Origin: Squalus acanthias | Lineage: Eukaryota | DNA length: 64,000 nt | Direction: 5' to 3' | Assembly (NCBI GenBank): GCA_030390025.1 | Contig: CM059433.1 | Location: 6,946,001 to 7,010,000 of the forward strand | Made by a program: the position numbers and the translations under genes | Shown here: positions 49,150-61,374 of the stretch, piece after piece | Layout of the letters: each line of letters starts with the position of its first letter | How positions within the stretch are numbered: position 1 is the first letter of the stretch | The notes under the pieces: model-generated | Seen by the model: the letters and a program-made list of their open reading frames with translations, nothing else | The model's database searches: none | Told to the model about the DNA's origin: nothing

Positions 49150-49455
49150 CCTCTTTCGGATGAGAAGTTAAACCGAGGCCCCATCTGCCCTCTTAGGTGG
49201 GCGTAACACATGCCATGGCACTATTTGAAGAAGAGCAGGGGAGTTTCCTGGCCAATATTTACCCCTCAACCGATATCAGTAAAACAAATTATCTGGTCAT
49301 TTATCCCATTTCTGTTTGTTGGACCTTGCTGAGCGCAAATTGACTGCCGCGTTTCCCTGCATTACAACAGTGACTACACTTCAAAAGTAATTCATTGGCA
49401 GTGAAGCACTTTGGAATGTCCTGAGGTCGTGAAAGGTGCTATATAAATGCAAGTC
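49150..49455 (+). mobile_element. Deu-domain SINE, 5'-truncated
   Basis: Deu core and tail. Confidence 0.85.
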
Positions 49456-49783
49456 TGTTCGTTCGAATGTGTGCGATTTGCAATTTGCTTTGATACTAAT
49501 CCTGACTGCTAGTTTCTGGCTCTGTTATTGGCAATAGTATTGTAATTTTTGTCTTGCATCCAATACCACAGACAATAATGTATAACTTCCTAATTAAAGT
49601 GGCTGTGTGCCATAAATTCAATTTAGAAACCAAGGCTGTGATTTGCAACTTATGCTGTTTACTGATTTACTTTGATCATAAACTTATTTGGTGCTGACTT
49701 ATTCAGGCAGGCGATGATTATTGGCTTGGTCATGTAGGGGAAAAGTGGGCTGATATGTTGTCATGTTCTAGGATGGGTACTCC

Positions 49784-50013
49784 TTAAATAAAACGATAAG
49801 GCGACACAGTTCCCCCAGGGTCATCAAATGAAAAAAAACCTAACCAACGTGCCCCCATTTTTAGAGGGGCACAACTAATAGAAAACTTAAACAAAAACAA
49901 AGGAAATATAACGTAAACAATAATATCCGCCAAACACTCCAGTCCCTGTGGTGCCCACCGATCAGGGAAGGCCTCAAGAGTACTGGCGGACACCGTGCGC
50001 TCCTTCTCCAGGG
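49784..50013 (-). mobile_element. Tx1-clade LINE 3' end
   Basis: Encodes ALEKERTVSASTLEAFPDRWAPQGLECL, resembling Tx1 ORF2 C-termini as I recall them, followed by a T-rich UTR. Confidence 0.6.
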
Positions 50014-50057
50014 CTAGGATGGGTGTTAGATTGGAGGATTGTTGCTTTATTTAAAGT

Positions 50058-50142
50058 TGAGAAGTCGCACAACACCAGGTGAAAGTCCAACAGTTTTATT
50101 TAAAATTACGAGCTTTCGGAGCTGCTGCTCCTTCGTCAGGTA
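50058..50142 (-). mobile_element. Penelope-like terminal fragment with a hammerhead motif
   Basis: Minus strand reads TAC-CTGACGA-AGGAGCAGCAGCTCC-GAAA-GCTC-GTAA. Confidence 0.7.
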
Positions 50143-50329
50143 GAGGTACAGTGAGGGAATCTAATACATTAATTAATAATATAATAATTATTTAAAGTTG
50201 TGGGAGAAGGAGGTATGGCATTAATGTATAAAGTAGACTGTGTTCAACAGAAGAGATGACGTCAGTGATGAGATGTGCTTTGCTGTCCCTTGCAGCAGTC
50301 ACTCAGGAGTTCTCCGAGTGCAGGTCATC

Positions 50330-51086
50330 GTGATGCTCTCCTCCATGTACTTCTACTTCCATAGCAGCTAGGGCCATCTGCCCATCAATGTCCAAGTCCA
50401 GACCTTATTGTAAGGTGAAGTTGTGTGGGGCACAGCAGGCTACAACTGTGCGTGACGTACGAGCTGGAGCATACTGTATCGCCCCTCCCGGCCCTGTCCA
50501 AGCAGCAAAAGTATCCCTTTGAAACTCCAATGGTCTGTTTGATGGCCACTCTTGTAGAAGCATGTACCTCATTGTAGCACTCCTCTGCTGCTGTTCAGGC
50601 CACTCTTAGTGGGATCATTATTCATGGGAGCATGGGGTAGGCTTTGTCACCCACAAGCCATCCGTTGACATCATAGAATCTTGCAGCACAGAATGAGGCC
50701 ACTTGGCCCATCGTTCCTGTGCCAGCTCTTTGAAAGAGCTATCCAATTAGTCCCGCTTCCCCGCTCCTTCCTCATGGCCCTGCAAATTTTCCTTTACATG
50801 TATATATCCATGATTTTCTTCTCTGAACAGATCAGGGATGAATGCATCATGACCACTTCTAGCATATCTCATATTGACGTGTAGGATCTTTTGCATGTTG
50901 TCACATACAATATGTAAATTCAGGGAGTGGACACCATTTCTGTTGAGGGGGTTTTCTGTGGGAGCTTCCAAAGTAATGTGGGTGCCATTGATTGCACCTT
51001 GGACTTTGGTAAAACCAGTAACCCCACAAAAATGAATGGCCCTAACTCACGACTCGCTTGCTGTGATGCCGAATTCACTAAATTCC
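50330..51086 (-). pseudogene. Old Harbinger transposase pseudogene, C-terminal part (a CR1 tail is inserted at ~50670-50800)
   Basis: Encodes VQGAINGTHI...NRNGVHSLNLHIVCD...GHDAFI and GWLVGDKAYP...YNEVHASTR...KQTIG...FCCLD...ACCAPHNF, with stop codons. Confidence 0.85.
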
Positions 51087-51446
51087 TTGGGGGGAGAAAT
51101 TCGGTATCGCCCCGTTTGGGGCACAATTATCGGCCGGGCGCAAAGTTTAGCACCTGGCGCTAATTATCGCCCCTGACTGCAAACTTGGCTTTTATTGCCC
51201 CTGGAGGTGATTGGAGCGCTAAATCAGGCGCTACACACCTGTCTTAAGGCGCAAAGGCCGAGGAGCGAAGCGCGAGCACAGCGCAGGTGATGTCAGTTAG
51301 CGATGGAACACAGACACACTGGCGCCGGCTAGTTCTTAAAGGGGAGGGTCGATCTTGCTCTCCAGCCACACCCTGCTCATTGCAGCCTTGAATCTCCTCG
51401 TGGACAGACCTGTGCCTAAATTTTCCAGCCAAGGACTAGGGAGAGG

Positions 51447-53271
51447 GTGAAGGAGCGAGCTCAGCGCTTCAGCGACCGGGCCTTGGAAGCTCTGGTTGGC
51501 GCGGTGGAGCGCAGAAGAGCTATACTGTACCCTGAGAGTGGCAGGAGGCCATTGCCGCGCGACTACAGAAGAGTGTGGAGGGAGGTGGCTCAGCACGTCT
51601 CCTCCAGGAGCATGGTGCCCAGGACCCATACTCAATGTCGCAAAAAGTTCAACGACCTCACTCGGGTCGTCAGGGTGAGTGGCTGTTTTTCAATACCTCT
51701 CCATCCCTGCATCTCAACCTCACTCTATGGCCAGAGGTCTTAAAACCCCAATGCCCAACACTCATCCAAGACCTATGGCCATTTCATTAAACACACACGC
51801 ACATTCCACACCTTGCATACATTAAGGGCTATTCAACTATGGGAGGCACATCAGGCAAGACCATGGCTGCATACATTAAGGGCTATTCAACTATGGGAGG
51901 CACATCAGGCAAGACCATGGCTGCATATTTACTCAGACGCCATCCTTTTTCTTGCAGGCCAAGTTATCTCATAACAGGAGACAGCAGCAACGGATGGGTG
52001 GAGGGCGGCCTCAGCTGCAACCCCTCAGCGATCTTGAGGCGCGCGTCCACAGGATTGTGGCAAGCCAGGTGATCGGTCCCATCGCCCCTAGAGAGGTCAA
52101 CCCCGTTGTCCCTCACAACACCAACCTTTTACACTTTCAATCCAACTTACTAAATCGCTCCACTCCTTCCACCCTTACTGCCCCCCTGTCCTGACGCTAA
52201 AGCCACTCTTGTACCTCCCTGCTTTCAGATGGTGAATCACCAGCTGAGGAGACGGGCCCTCAAGCTGCCAGTGGGAGCGAAGCCGCAGGCGAGGAGGAAG
52301 AGGAAGCCGGAGCCTCAGCACCACCCTCTCCCGAGGAAGCCCATGCCCACACTGGGACCACGTCTTCCCTGGAGGGGAGCAGGGGGGAAGGGTCTGCTGA
52401 GGGTGAAGCTCCAGGACCCAGCAGGCTGCAGCAACGCGATGGGGTAGGGAAGCTCGGGGGCCTTCTCCCCGGAGGGAGAGTAGGCCAGCGAGTCCTGCTG
52501 CACTGGACGCAGAGGAGGAGCGGCTCATCGCTGAAATGAACACCCAGGCAGTGGACATGCACACTCAGCTCATGGGTGCAGTGGGAAGGGTGCCAGATTG
52601 CATTGATGCATTGGCAAGGAGTGTGGAGCACTATGCTGCAGCACAGGCGGACGCCACGCAAATGCTTAGTGCTGCAATTCAGTCACTGGCTGCCGTGATC
52701 CAATCTCAGACTGCTCTCATGCAGACTCAGATTGAGGCCACGCACATTCCACACCTTGCATACATTAAGGGCTATTCAACTATGGGAGGCACATCAGGCA
52801 AGACCATGGCTGCATACATTAAGGGCCATCGTCGCTGGTTCGGACACATTGCCCCGGGGCTCTCATGGCGCCGCAGCAGGCCAGCAATCTGTGCTCCAGC
52901 AGATTGCTCCGGATGCTGAGGTGCTGTCCCGTGGGAGTGCAAGTGTGTCAGTCGAGCAGGGAGGTGCTGTCCTCTCGCAAGATGACAGCATTCCTGCTGC
53001 CACCACTGTCACTTCCCCATTGCACTTGCCACCGCCTGTAACCCAGACTGCTGCTGCCCATGCAGAGTTGGTGCAGTCTGCAGCCGGGCCCTCCAGGCCC
53101 AGAGCTAGTCGAGGGCATCCTTCAAAGGCATCTGTAGTCTCAGGATCTGACAATCAGCAGCCTTCCACCAACCTTGCTGCATCCACTGGGGCCCCATTAC
53201 GGAGGAGCAGTAGGGTGGGAAGGGGGCAAGTGGGCAAGGGAAGGAGATCACCCTCGAAGGGCAAAAAGTAG
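51447..53271 (+). pseudogene. Harbinger Myb/SANT gene, disrupted (exon 1 ends at 51674, exon 2 starts at 51958, exon 3 starts at 52229)
   Basis: Encodes RAQRFSDRALEALV...WREVAQHVSSRSMVPRTHTQCRKKFNDL. There is no in-frame ATG and no donor at the expected end of exon 2; exon 3 has frameshifts and an 88-bp insertion. Confidence 0.85.
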
Positions 53272-53582
53272 GAGGTCTGACGAAATGTTGGGAATGTTTT
53301 TATTAAAGGCCGAGGTTCGTGTAATTACTTTTGTTTAGTGTTTTGGCCATTATCTCCAGGTTGTGAGAACCAGTTATGTTAATTAATGATTTTTTGTGTT
53401 TGTTTCTATTAGTTTGTCATGAATAAATGACACACACAGAGTTTGTAAAATAAAAAAGTTGTTGTATTCAGAATGTACATGTTTGGCCTTTGGAATCATT
53501 GCTGCCTTGGCCGGCTTTGGGGTTGCGGTTTGCTTTCCATCATGTTGTTCTCCATGCCAGAAGCCATTTCCTGAGTAGGGGC

Positions 53583-54732
53583 CTAGAAGCGGCTTGTTAT
53601 CAGTCTTTGACAGACGGCCCTTGCAGTTTCAACATTGTGGGCCTCCCTCCCGCCTTGGTGCTGCTGCTGATCATCCTCCTCCTCTTCCTCCTCCTCCTCC
53701 TCCGGTGGTACACCAAGGCCTGGTGGCATTGGCTGGGTCCTGAGGATTGCAAGGTTATAAAGAATGCAGCACACAACTATGAAGAGGGAGACTCGCTCAG
53801 ACGAGTACTGCAGGGCTCCTCCTGAGTGGTCCAGACAGCAAAACCATTGCATGAGCACGCCGATCGTCTGCTCAATGATGTTCCTGGTGGCGAGATGGCT
53901 CTCATTGTACCGCAGCTCAGCAGGGGTGTTGGGGTTACGGAGCGGTGTCATCAGCCAGGTGCAGAGTGGATAACCCTTGTCCCCGAGGAACCAACCACTT
54001 GGCTGATCCACTGCCTGGAAAAGCTCTAGCACACCAGTCTGGCACAGAATGAAAGCATCGTGGCTGCTGCCAGGATAGCAGGCATTGACAGCGAGTATCA
54101 GCTGTCTGTGGTCACACACCAACTGGACATTTAAGGAGTGGAACCCCTTGCGGTTTCGGAAAACCTCTGCATTCTCCTGCGGTGCCCGCAATGCCACACG
54201 CGTGCAGTCAATGGCGCCCTGCACCATGGGGAAGCCCGCTATCCTCGCAAAGCCCAATGCGCGTTCATGCTGTTTGGCCCGGGTCATCGGGAAAGAGATG
54301 TACTGGCATCTCCTTTTATAGAGGGCATTTGTGACCTGCCGGATACAGCAATGGACCGCGAACTGGGAGATATTGGCGATGTCCCCAGTAGCTGCTTGAA
54401 AGGAGCCGGTGGCATAAAAATTCAGAGCCATTGTCACCTTCACTGCCACCGACAGAGACGTCCTGATCCTCAGTTGAGGCTGCAGATCTTGTTGCAGCAG
54501 GTGGCAGAGCTCAGTGACCACCTCCTTGCTGAAGCGCAGCCTGCACAAACACTGCTCCTCAGACAAATGAATGTAGGAGAATTGTTCCCGGAATACCCTG
54601 GGAGGGTAAGGTCTCCTGTGCACAGGCCTGTTGGCCCTCCTCCCTCTGGCCATGATTGCCACTCTCTCTGCGTCTCTGATGCCTCCGATTCTGCCAGCGC
54701 AGGACGACGTCCCGAATCAGTGCAGCCCCCAT
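53583..54732 (-). pseudogene. Harbinger (HARBI1-like) DDE transposase; 359-codon open frame, probable original ATG at 54732 now out of frame
   Basis: Motifs GAIDCT, NRKGFHSLNVQLVCD, YPGSSHDAFIL, GDKGY and IEQTIG. Several substitutions look like CpG decay (e.g. WFCCLDHSGG where RFRCLDRSGG is expected). Confidence 0.9.
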
Positions 54733-55227
54733 AGTCTCTTGACAATCGAAGCAATGAAGGTCAAATCCAAAATAACCTGCAAAGTGCTGCTCAGTAGCCA
54801 AAACTACTTCACACAGCGTTGATTCTCTGCAGAAGTCTCTCTCAGAATCTCTCTCTCTCTGTCAGAATGAGTGGTGCAAAAATGTCTCCCACAAAAAAAG
54901 GCAGGAAGAGGACGCCTTTAAATAGCGCTCCCCCAGCCCCTTACCGACTGGAAAACGTTCCAGTCTCCCTGTCGTTGCTTGCAGCAGGCGGAAAGAAGGG
55001 GGGCGCCACTCAATATCCGGTCCGGGGAGTTGCACGCTCAACTGACGTCACGATCTGCGGGCGCAGGAGATCGGGGCGGTAGAGTTTAGCGCCGCCGCAA
55101 AAACTCTAGTCAATTTCGCGAGTGGCGCAAACATCGCCGCACCCGGGCGCTAGTTGCGTTGCGCCCCATTAGCGGCCTCTTAGGGCGCTAACGGGAGGCG
55201 CTAAGCAACCGAATTTCCCCCCCCTTG

Positions 55228-55520
55228 GGTCTCCTGCAAAGTGTGTCAGCCTTCTAACCAATACATTTCCGTGCTGCACTCTATCTGATATTACAGAGAT
55301 TCCCCCATGACTATCTGAAATTAACCTGTGACATAAAAGTTGAGTGCAGTCGTCAGCTTCATAGCCACAGAGAGAGCAGTACAGGCAGATGAGCGTGGCT
55401 GCAGGTCCTCGTGTAGAAGGTGGCAGTGCTGTCCTATTACCCCCTTTGGTGAAGCACACACTTCTTATACACATCCTTTCACGAAGGTCCTCCTATGACT
55501 TGTGTTGCCCGTAGATTCGA
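55228..55520 (-). pseudogene. Old Harbinger transposase pseudogene, N-terminal part
   Basis: Encodes CHLLHEDLQPRSSACTALSVAMKLTTALNFYVTG*FQ. It joins the 51086 side in frame once the insertion and one TSD copy are removed. Confidence 0.85.
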
Positions 55521-57139
55521 TGGCAGGAGGGGGAGGAATAGCTTCTTAAATGCTGCCGACCCTCCTTTGCTCCATCCTGTGCAGCCTCCTCCACTCCCAC
55601 CCACCTTCCCTCCTCCATGATAATAGCATGCAAGAATAGATCCACGGGGAATGTCTCAAATTGCTTTCATTTTTCATTTTATCAACGTATTGTTTTTAAT
55701 GAGGCAAAGGCGTTCCGAAGTGGGAACAAAGTGCTGGCAAGTGGAGGAAGTGTTGGCTGCCCACAAACTCTTGTGCAAACTAACACTGTGATTCATTTTA
55801 AAAAACACTCTTCCAGAGATTTCTTGAGCAAACAAGATATATTTTATTTCTTGTTTAACTTGACGAAAGACAAATAATAGTAATATTAATTTAAGCCAAA
55901 TGCTTTAAAACCCGGGTGGGCACTGTTGCTTTAAGTTTTCATTTGTGTTGTTCGGTTAAAATGGATTTGATTTACAAATGAGAAGGTTTGGCATTGACTT
56001 GAGTTGGCATTGCGTGCATTTAGAATATGTTTTGAGTTTTAACATGTATTTGCATATCAGATTCAGTCAGTTTTACATTGTGCTCGTGTGGTGCTTCATA
56101 CATACATGCTGCATTGGGATTACAGGCCAGCCGGAATGTAGTTGGGTGGTATTCTGTGAAAGAAGACTGAAGTAAGACTTTGGATCTGTGAGAACGCCAG
56201 GTGGGTGGATGGGTGGGTATAGTGGATTAAGTTCAAGGGCAGGTGTTGTTCTCTTCTGTTGATCTGGCTGTGCTCATTTTAAATGCCTGGAGTAAATGTC
56301 TGATGTGCAGTCACTCCTCTGTGACTCATATTGTACTTAAGGACTGATACGCAGCAGAGTTAAGTAAGCCCTGCAGCCACACTGTAGCCTTTTAGTCAAC
56401 AGGGCAGAGCGATGCAACAACCAGACATCTCCTTACCGCTATTGCCATTCCTTGATTGATCCACCAGATGGCCACTCGGGAACCACAGAGCTAGTTGTTG
56501 AACACACAGAGACACACCTCTGAACCTGACAGTGAAACTTGATACCAGTCGGGACAGTTTCCTAACACCCGGTATCAGGTCTTTGACATTCATTCCAGAG
56601 TCAGAATACTGGTAACAACCTTCTTCAGCAGCAGTTGGCTACAGACAGACATCTGATACACACTTGGGCGGGTGTCTCCTAGTAAGGAGGCCAATGTGAC
56701 AGTCTCCAAAATCTGCCTTGGGGAGAATAGTTAACAAACTTTTCTAACCGGCTTATGGGAAAAATCATTTACATTCACGTAATTCCTCCAACAATGCCTT
56801 TCATCTTGAAGTGCCAGAGAATTAATGATGATTTATGACACAGCTCAAACAGTAGTATTTCATTAGAACTTTAGAGTGTATAAAAGTCTGCCACTAAGCT
56901 CTTTAAGAATGAGCCTATTGTACCACAATAACAAGAGACCATGTACAATCCACTCAAATAATCAGACCAGCCATGCTACTGATGGAAAATTCAATCAATG
57001 TTCATAACAAAGGTTCGCCTATCCTAGTGCAGTCACTGCATCGCCTCTGATAGTTTCCTCTCCACCACGCTATCTATATATCATCACCACCATTGGCCCT
57101 ATGGGCTTTTGCAGCATCTGACTGCCTGTTCAACAGTCC

Positions 57140-57790
57140 TGGATAAGCTGAAATTTCCTACAGTTCAATATCAACAAGGCTGAAACCATCTAGTTTTGGC
57201 TCTTATCAGCATCTACAAAGCTCTGATTCCAACTCCATCAACCTCCTTGGCTGTCTGCTCTGGCTGAACCCATTAATGTGGATCTGGCATTCTCTTCAAC
57301 CATAAACTGAGCTTCAAAGCAAATATCTGGTCTGTCGTTAAGACCATCTATTTCGACCTCTGTAACACTGGCACTTATGCCCATCCCTCAACTCCACTGC
57401 TGCTGAAATCCTTATCCACACTATCATCACCCCAAGAATCGATTTCTCAAATGTCTCCTCGTCACCCTCATCCTTCATAAACTTCAGCTAATCTAGAACT
57501 TTGTGGTCCGAGTCCTCTTCCCCACAAAATTCCACACCCGCAACATTCCCATTATCACTGAGCTCCACTGGCTCCCTGTGGCTCAGTGAATCGGTTTCAA
57601 GATCCTCTTTCTCATCTTCAAATCATCCCACAACCTTGCTCCACCCTATCTGGGAAATATTCTGCAACTATACATCCCATCTCGTACCCACTGTTCCTCT
57701 GACTAATCACTGCTCGTTCCCTGCATCCTCCGTATCCCCATCAGAGGCTAATCTTTCAGCCATTATATCCTGCCCTCTGGAATTCTTTTC
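57140..57790 (+). mobile_element. Old degraded L2 fragment
   Basis: Decayed homolog of 58600-59260. Confidence 0.7.
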
Positions 57791-57824
57791 CACAATTGTT
57801 TTCTACTTTTCTCTATGTCTTCAA

Positions 57825-59447
57825 TGACCTCTCCACGCTCATCTTGTCCATGAGACCCACTTCCTGCTCCCTTGACCCTATTCCCACCAAACTGCTGACC
57901 ACCCAACTTCCTTTTCTGGCTCCCATGTTAGCTGACATTGTTAACGTTCCCTCTCCTCAGGTACTGTCCCCCTCCCCCTCAAATCTGCCGTCATCACCCC
58001 TCTCCTCAAAAAAACAACCTTTGACCCCTCCATCCTTGCAAACTACCGCCCCATCTCTAACCTCCCTTTCCTCTCCAAAGTCCTTGAACCTCCCAAATCC
58101 GTGCCCATCTTTCCCGCAACTCCATGTTTGAATCCCTCCAATCAGGTTTCCGCCCTTGCCACAGTACCGAAACGGCTCTCATCAATGTCACAAATGACTT
58201 CCTTTGTGACTGTGACAAAGGTAAACTATCCCTCCTCGTCCTTCTTGACTTGTCTGCAGCCTTTGACATGGTTGACCACTCCATCCTTCTCCAACGCCTC
58301 TCCACCGTCATCCAGCTGGGTGGGATTGCACTCGCCTGGTTCCATTCTTATCTATCTAAACATAGGCAGAGAATCACCTGCAACGGCTTCTCTTCCCACT
58401 CCCGCATCGTTACCTCAGGTGTCCCCCAAGGATCTATCCTTGGCCCCCTCCTATTTCTCATCTACATATTGCCACTTGGTGACATCAGTTTCCACATGTA
58501 CGCTGAGGACACCCAGCTCTACCTCACCACCACTTCTCTCGACCCTTCCATGGTCTCTAAATTATCAGACTGGTTGTCCAACATACAGTTCTGGATGAGC
58601 AGAAATTTTCTCCAATTAAATATTGGGAAGACCAAAGCCATTGTTTTTGGTCCCCGCCACAAACTCCATTCCCTAGCCACTGACTCCATCCCTCTCCCTA
58701 ACATCTGTCTGAGGCTGAACCACACTGTTCGCAACCTTGATGTCATATTTGACCCTGAAATGAGCTTCCGACCACATATCCGCAGCATAACTAAGACCGC
58801 CTATTTCCACCTGCGTAACATCGCCCGTCTCCGCCCTTGCCTCAGCTCATCCGCTGCTGAAACCCTCATCCATGCCTTTGTTACCTCTAGACTTGACTAT
58901 TCCAACGCACTCCTGGCTGGCCTCCCACATTCTACCCTATGTAAACTTGAGGTCATCCAAAGCTCGGCTGCCCGTGTCCTAACTCGCACCAAGTCCCATT
59001 CAGCCCATCACCCCTGTGCTCGCTGACCTACATTGGCTCCCGGTTAAGCAACGCCTCGTTTTCAAAATTCTCATCCTTGTTTTCAAATCCCTCCATGGCC
59101 TCGCTCCTCCCTATCTCTGTAATCTCCTTCAGCCCCACAACCCCCCCCGAGATATCTGCGCTCCTCTAATTCTGCCCTCTTGAGCATCCTTGATTATAGT
59201 CGCTCAACCATTGGTGGCCGTGCCTTCTGTTGCCTAGGCCCTGAGCTCTGGAATTCCCTGCCTAAACCTCTCCGCCTCAGCTACCTCTCTTTCCTCCTTT
59301 AAGACGCTCCGTGAAACCTACCTCTTTGACCAAGCTTTTGGTCACCTGCCCTAATTTCTCCTTATGTGGCTCGGTGTCAAATTTTTTGTTTTATAATACG
59401 CCTGTGAAGCGCCTTGGGACGTTTTACTACGTTAAAGATGCTATATA
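57825..59447 (+). mobile_element. L2 LINE, RT to 3' end
   Basis: Encodes QSGFRPCHSTETAL, LLDLSAAFD, GVPQGSILGP and YAEDTQLY (degenerate YADD). Confidence 0.93.
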
Positions 59448-59449
59448 CG

Positions 59450-59602
59450 ATCATAAGAACATAAGAAATAGGAGCAGGAGTTGGCCATTTGGCCCTTCGA
59501 GCCTGCTCCACCATTCAATAAGATCATGGCTGATCTTCTACCTCATCTCCACTTTCCTGCACTATCCCCAGATCCCTTAATATTCAAAAATCTATCGATC
59601 TC
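59450..59602 (-). mobile_element. CR1 3' tail fragment
   Basis: CATAAGAA repeats and the CR1 3' UTR. Confidence 0.75.
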
Positions 59603-59871
59603 TGTTGTTGTCGTTGTTGTTCAAATACCTTCAAAAACTTATTTATTTGACCATGCTTTCAGTCTACCCAGTCTTTCCCAAAATAACTTTACTGCCTGCT
59701 GGAGGCCAATCACTCCCCCTTATGTAGAACACTCCGTGAAGTTCACCTACAGTAGGCTTTGTGAAATGTTATATGAAGTTAATATATGTTTGGAGCCATA
59801 TAAAAGTGTTTGCCTTTCTTGGCCTGCTGCATTGTTAACCAGATGCACATGAAACTCTTAACTGACCCCAA

Positions 59872-60015
59872 GGTGTCAGCCTTGGCTCTGTGGTAACAGT
59901 CGCGCCTCGGAGTCAGAAGGTTGTGGTTTCATGTCCCACTCCAGAGACCTGAGCACATAATCCAGGCTGACACCCCAGTGCAGTGCTGAGGGAGCGCTGC
60001 ACTGTCGGGGGTGCT
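59872..60015 (+). mobile_element. Deu-domain SINE 5' head
   Basis: Matches the reverse complement of 35410-35558. Confidence 0.8.
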
Positions 60016-61374
60016 GCCCTCCAGTTTTCCTGGTCCAAGTGGCTATGATTCATATGTGAGGTTTGACAGTGAGTGTCTGCAGGTTATTCAAATCTGGGAG
60101 TATCATAGCTAAACCCAGTTCTGATCTCACCAAATGTTCAGACACGCACGTTTCCAGCAGTGGTCAGTGGATAACGACCATGAGTGGGAGGCCTGGCTGA
60201 TTTTCCCCTCCATGACACAGGGACCCTGAGCTCACTCGTGACACGCCTACCCCTCCATTGACCGAGATCAGCTAATTCAGCACAGAGTAGGGATCAAACC
60301 TGGACCCTCCTCAGATGGAATGGATTAGCTATCCATTGGATAAACTCACATTGGGAGAGCCAGGGGCTTTTTCTGTTTTTAAGAACTTAAATTCCAGCAC
60401 ATTTCTGAAACTAAGTTTGCAATAACCAAAACTATAATCCTAATAATGCTTCAGATTCAAGCCCCTGTGGGTATCTATCTTTTTCTTTGAAATATTTGCA
60501 TTTTTGCATTTTGCATAGTAAGCAATTTCAGTACTGGTAAACAGAACATGTACTTGTGTTTTCAGCAAAGGTCAATTGTAGCCACCCAATTGCTACCTTA
60601 ACATGATTTTGAGCCAGGCATGAAACTTGGGACCTTCCTGGTCTATGTGGCTCAGTATCACACTAGGCAGCTCTTTAGCCACGAAACCATCAGGGGAACT
60701 GCTCCATTTTATTCCACTGCGTCGTTGTGTGATCAACCCAAGCACAACTGCAAACTACGTCATAAAATAAGAATTTATATAGAGAGGCGTAGCAGATCTC
60801 CAGTGTCCTGACCCACAGAATAGTAGGATCTGGAATCATGGCCACAGCTCACCACACAGTGAGGCTCCTATTGATTATAGGAAGATAGCAAAGGGCATCA
60901 GATATTTCTAGTCAGCCTGTTTCGCTTTCACACTCCTAGCTAAGTGGCGAGCTAAAGAGATCTGTTGGCAAATGCCTGGGAGCAGATCTCTAGCCATACC
61001 TTTATGTCAAAGGATGTGTGCGGTGTGTGGGTGAAAGGTGAGAAAATTAATAAAATATATCTTACAAAACGAAAGGAATTTTCGGGGCGAAACCGCAACC
61101 CTGCACTGCCCAGCGAGGAGCCGTGTGCGCACGGGCTAGAAATAAGGGTATAACGCTGTAGTCCTGATACTCCAATCCATGGTCCCCATGAGCGCAGCTT
61201 TCCCACTGGGAGTGCAAAATCACAGAATCACTTCTAATATTCAGTGTTAAACCTTGGGTTGGTACACCAGTACAGAACACTGCAGCAGATAACAAGCACG
61301 AGGCAGGAGGTTCCAAGTATACGTAGATTAACGAAAGAAAGAAATTACGTTTATATGCCACCTTTCATTTTTTG

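Larger units (their letters stand above)
51090..55224 (+). mobile_element. Full-length two-gene PIF/Harbinger transposon (decayed)
   Basis: TIRs GGGGGAGAAATTCGGT / ACCGAATTTCCCCCCCC; TSD TTG at 51087-51089 and 55225-55227; convergent Myb/SANT and DDE genes. Confidence 0.95.

Noticed and set aside
53583..54662. Host HARBI1 gene
   Set aside because: It lies between TIRs with a TSD and a convergent Myb gene, and shows neutral decay.
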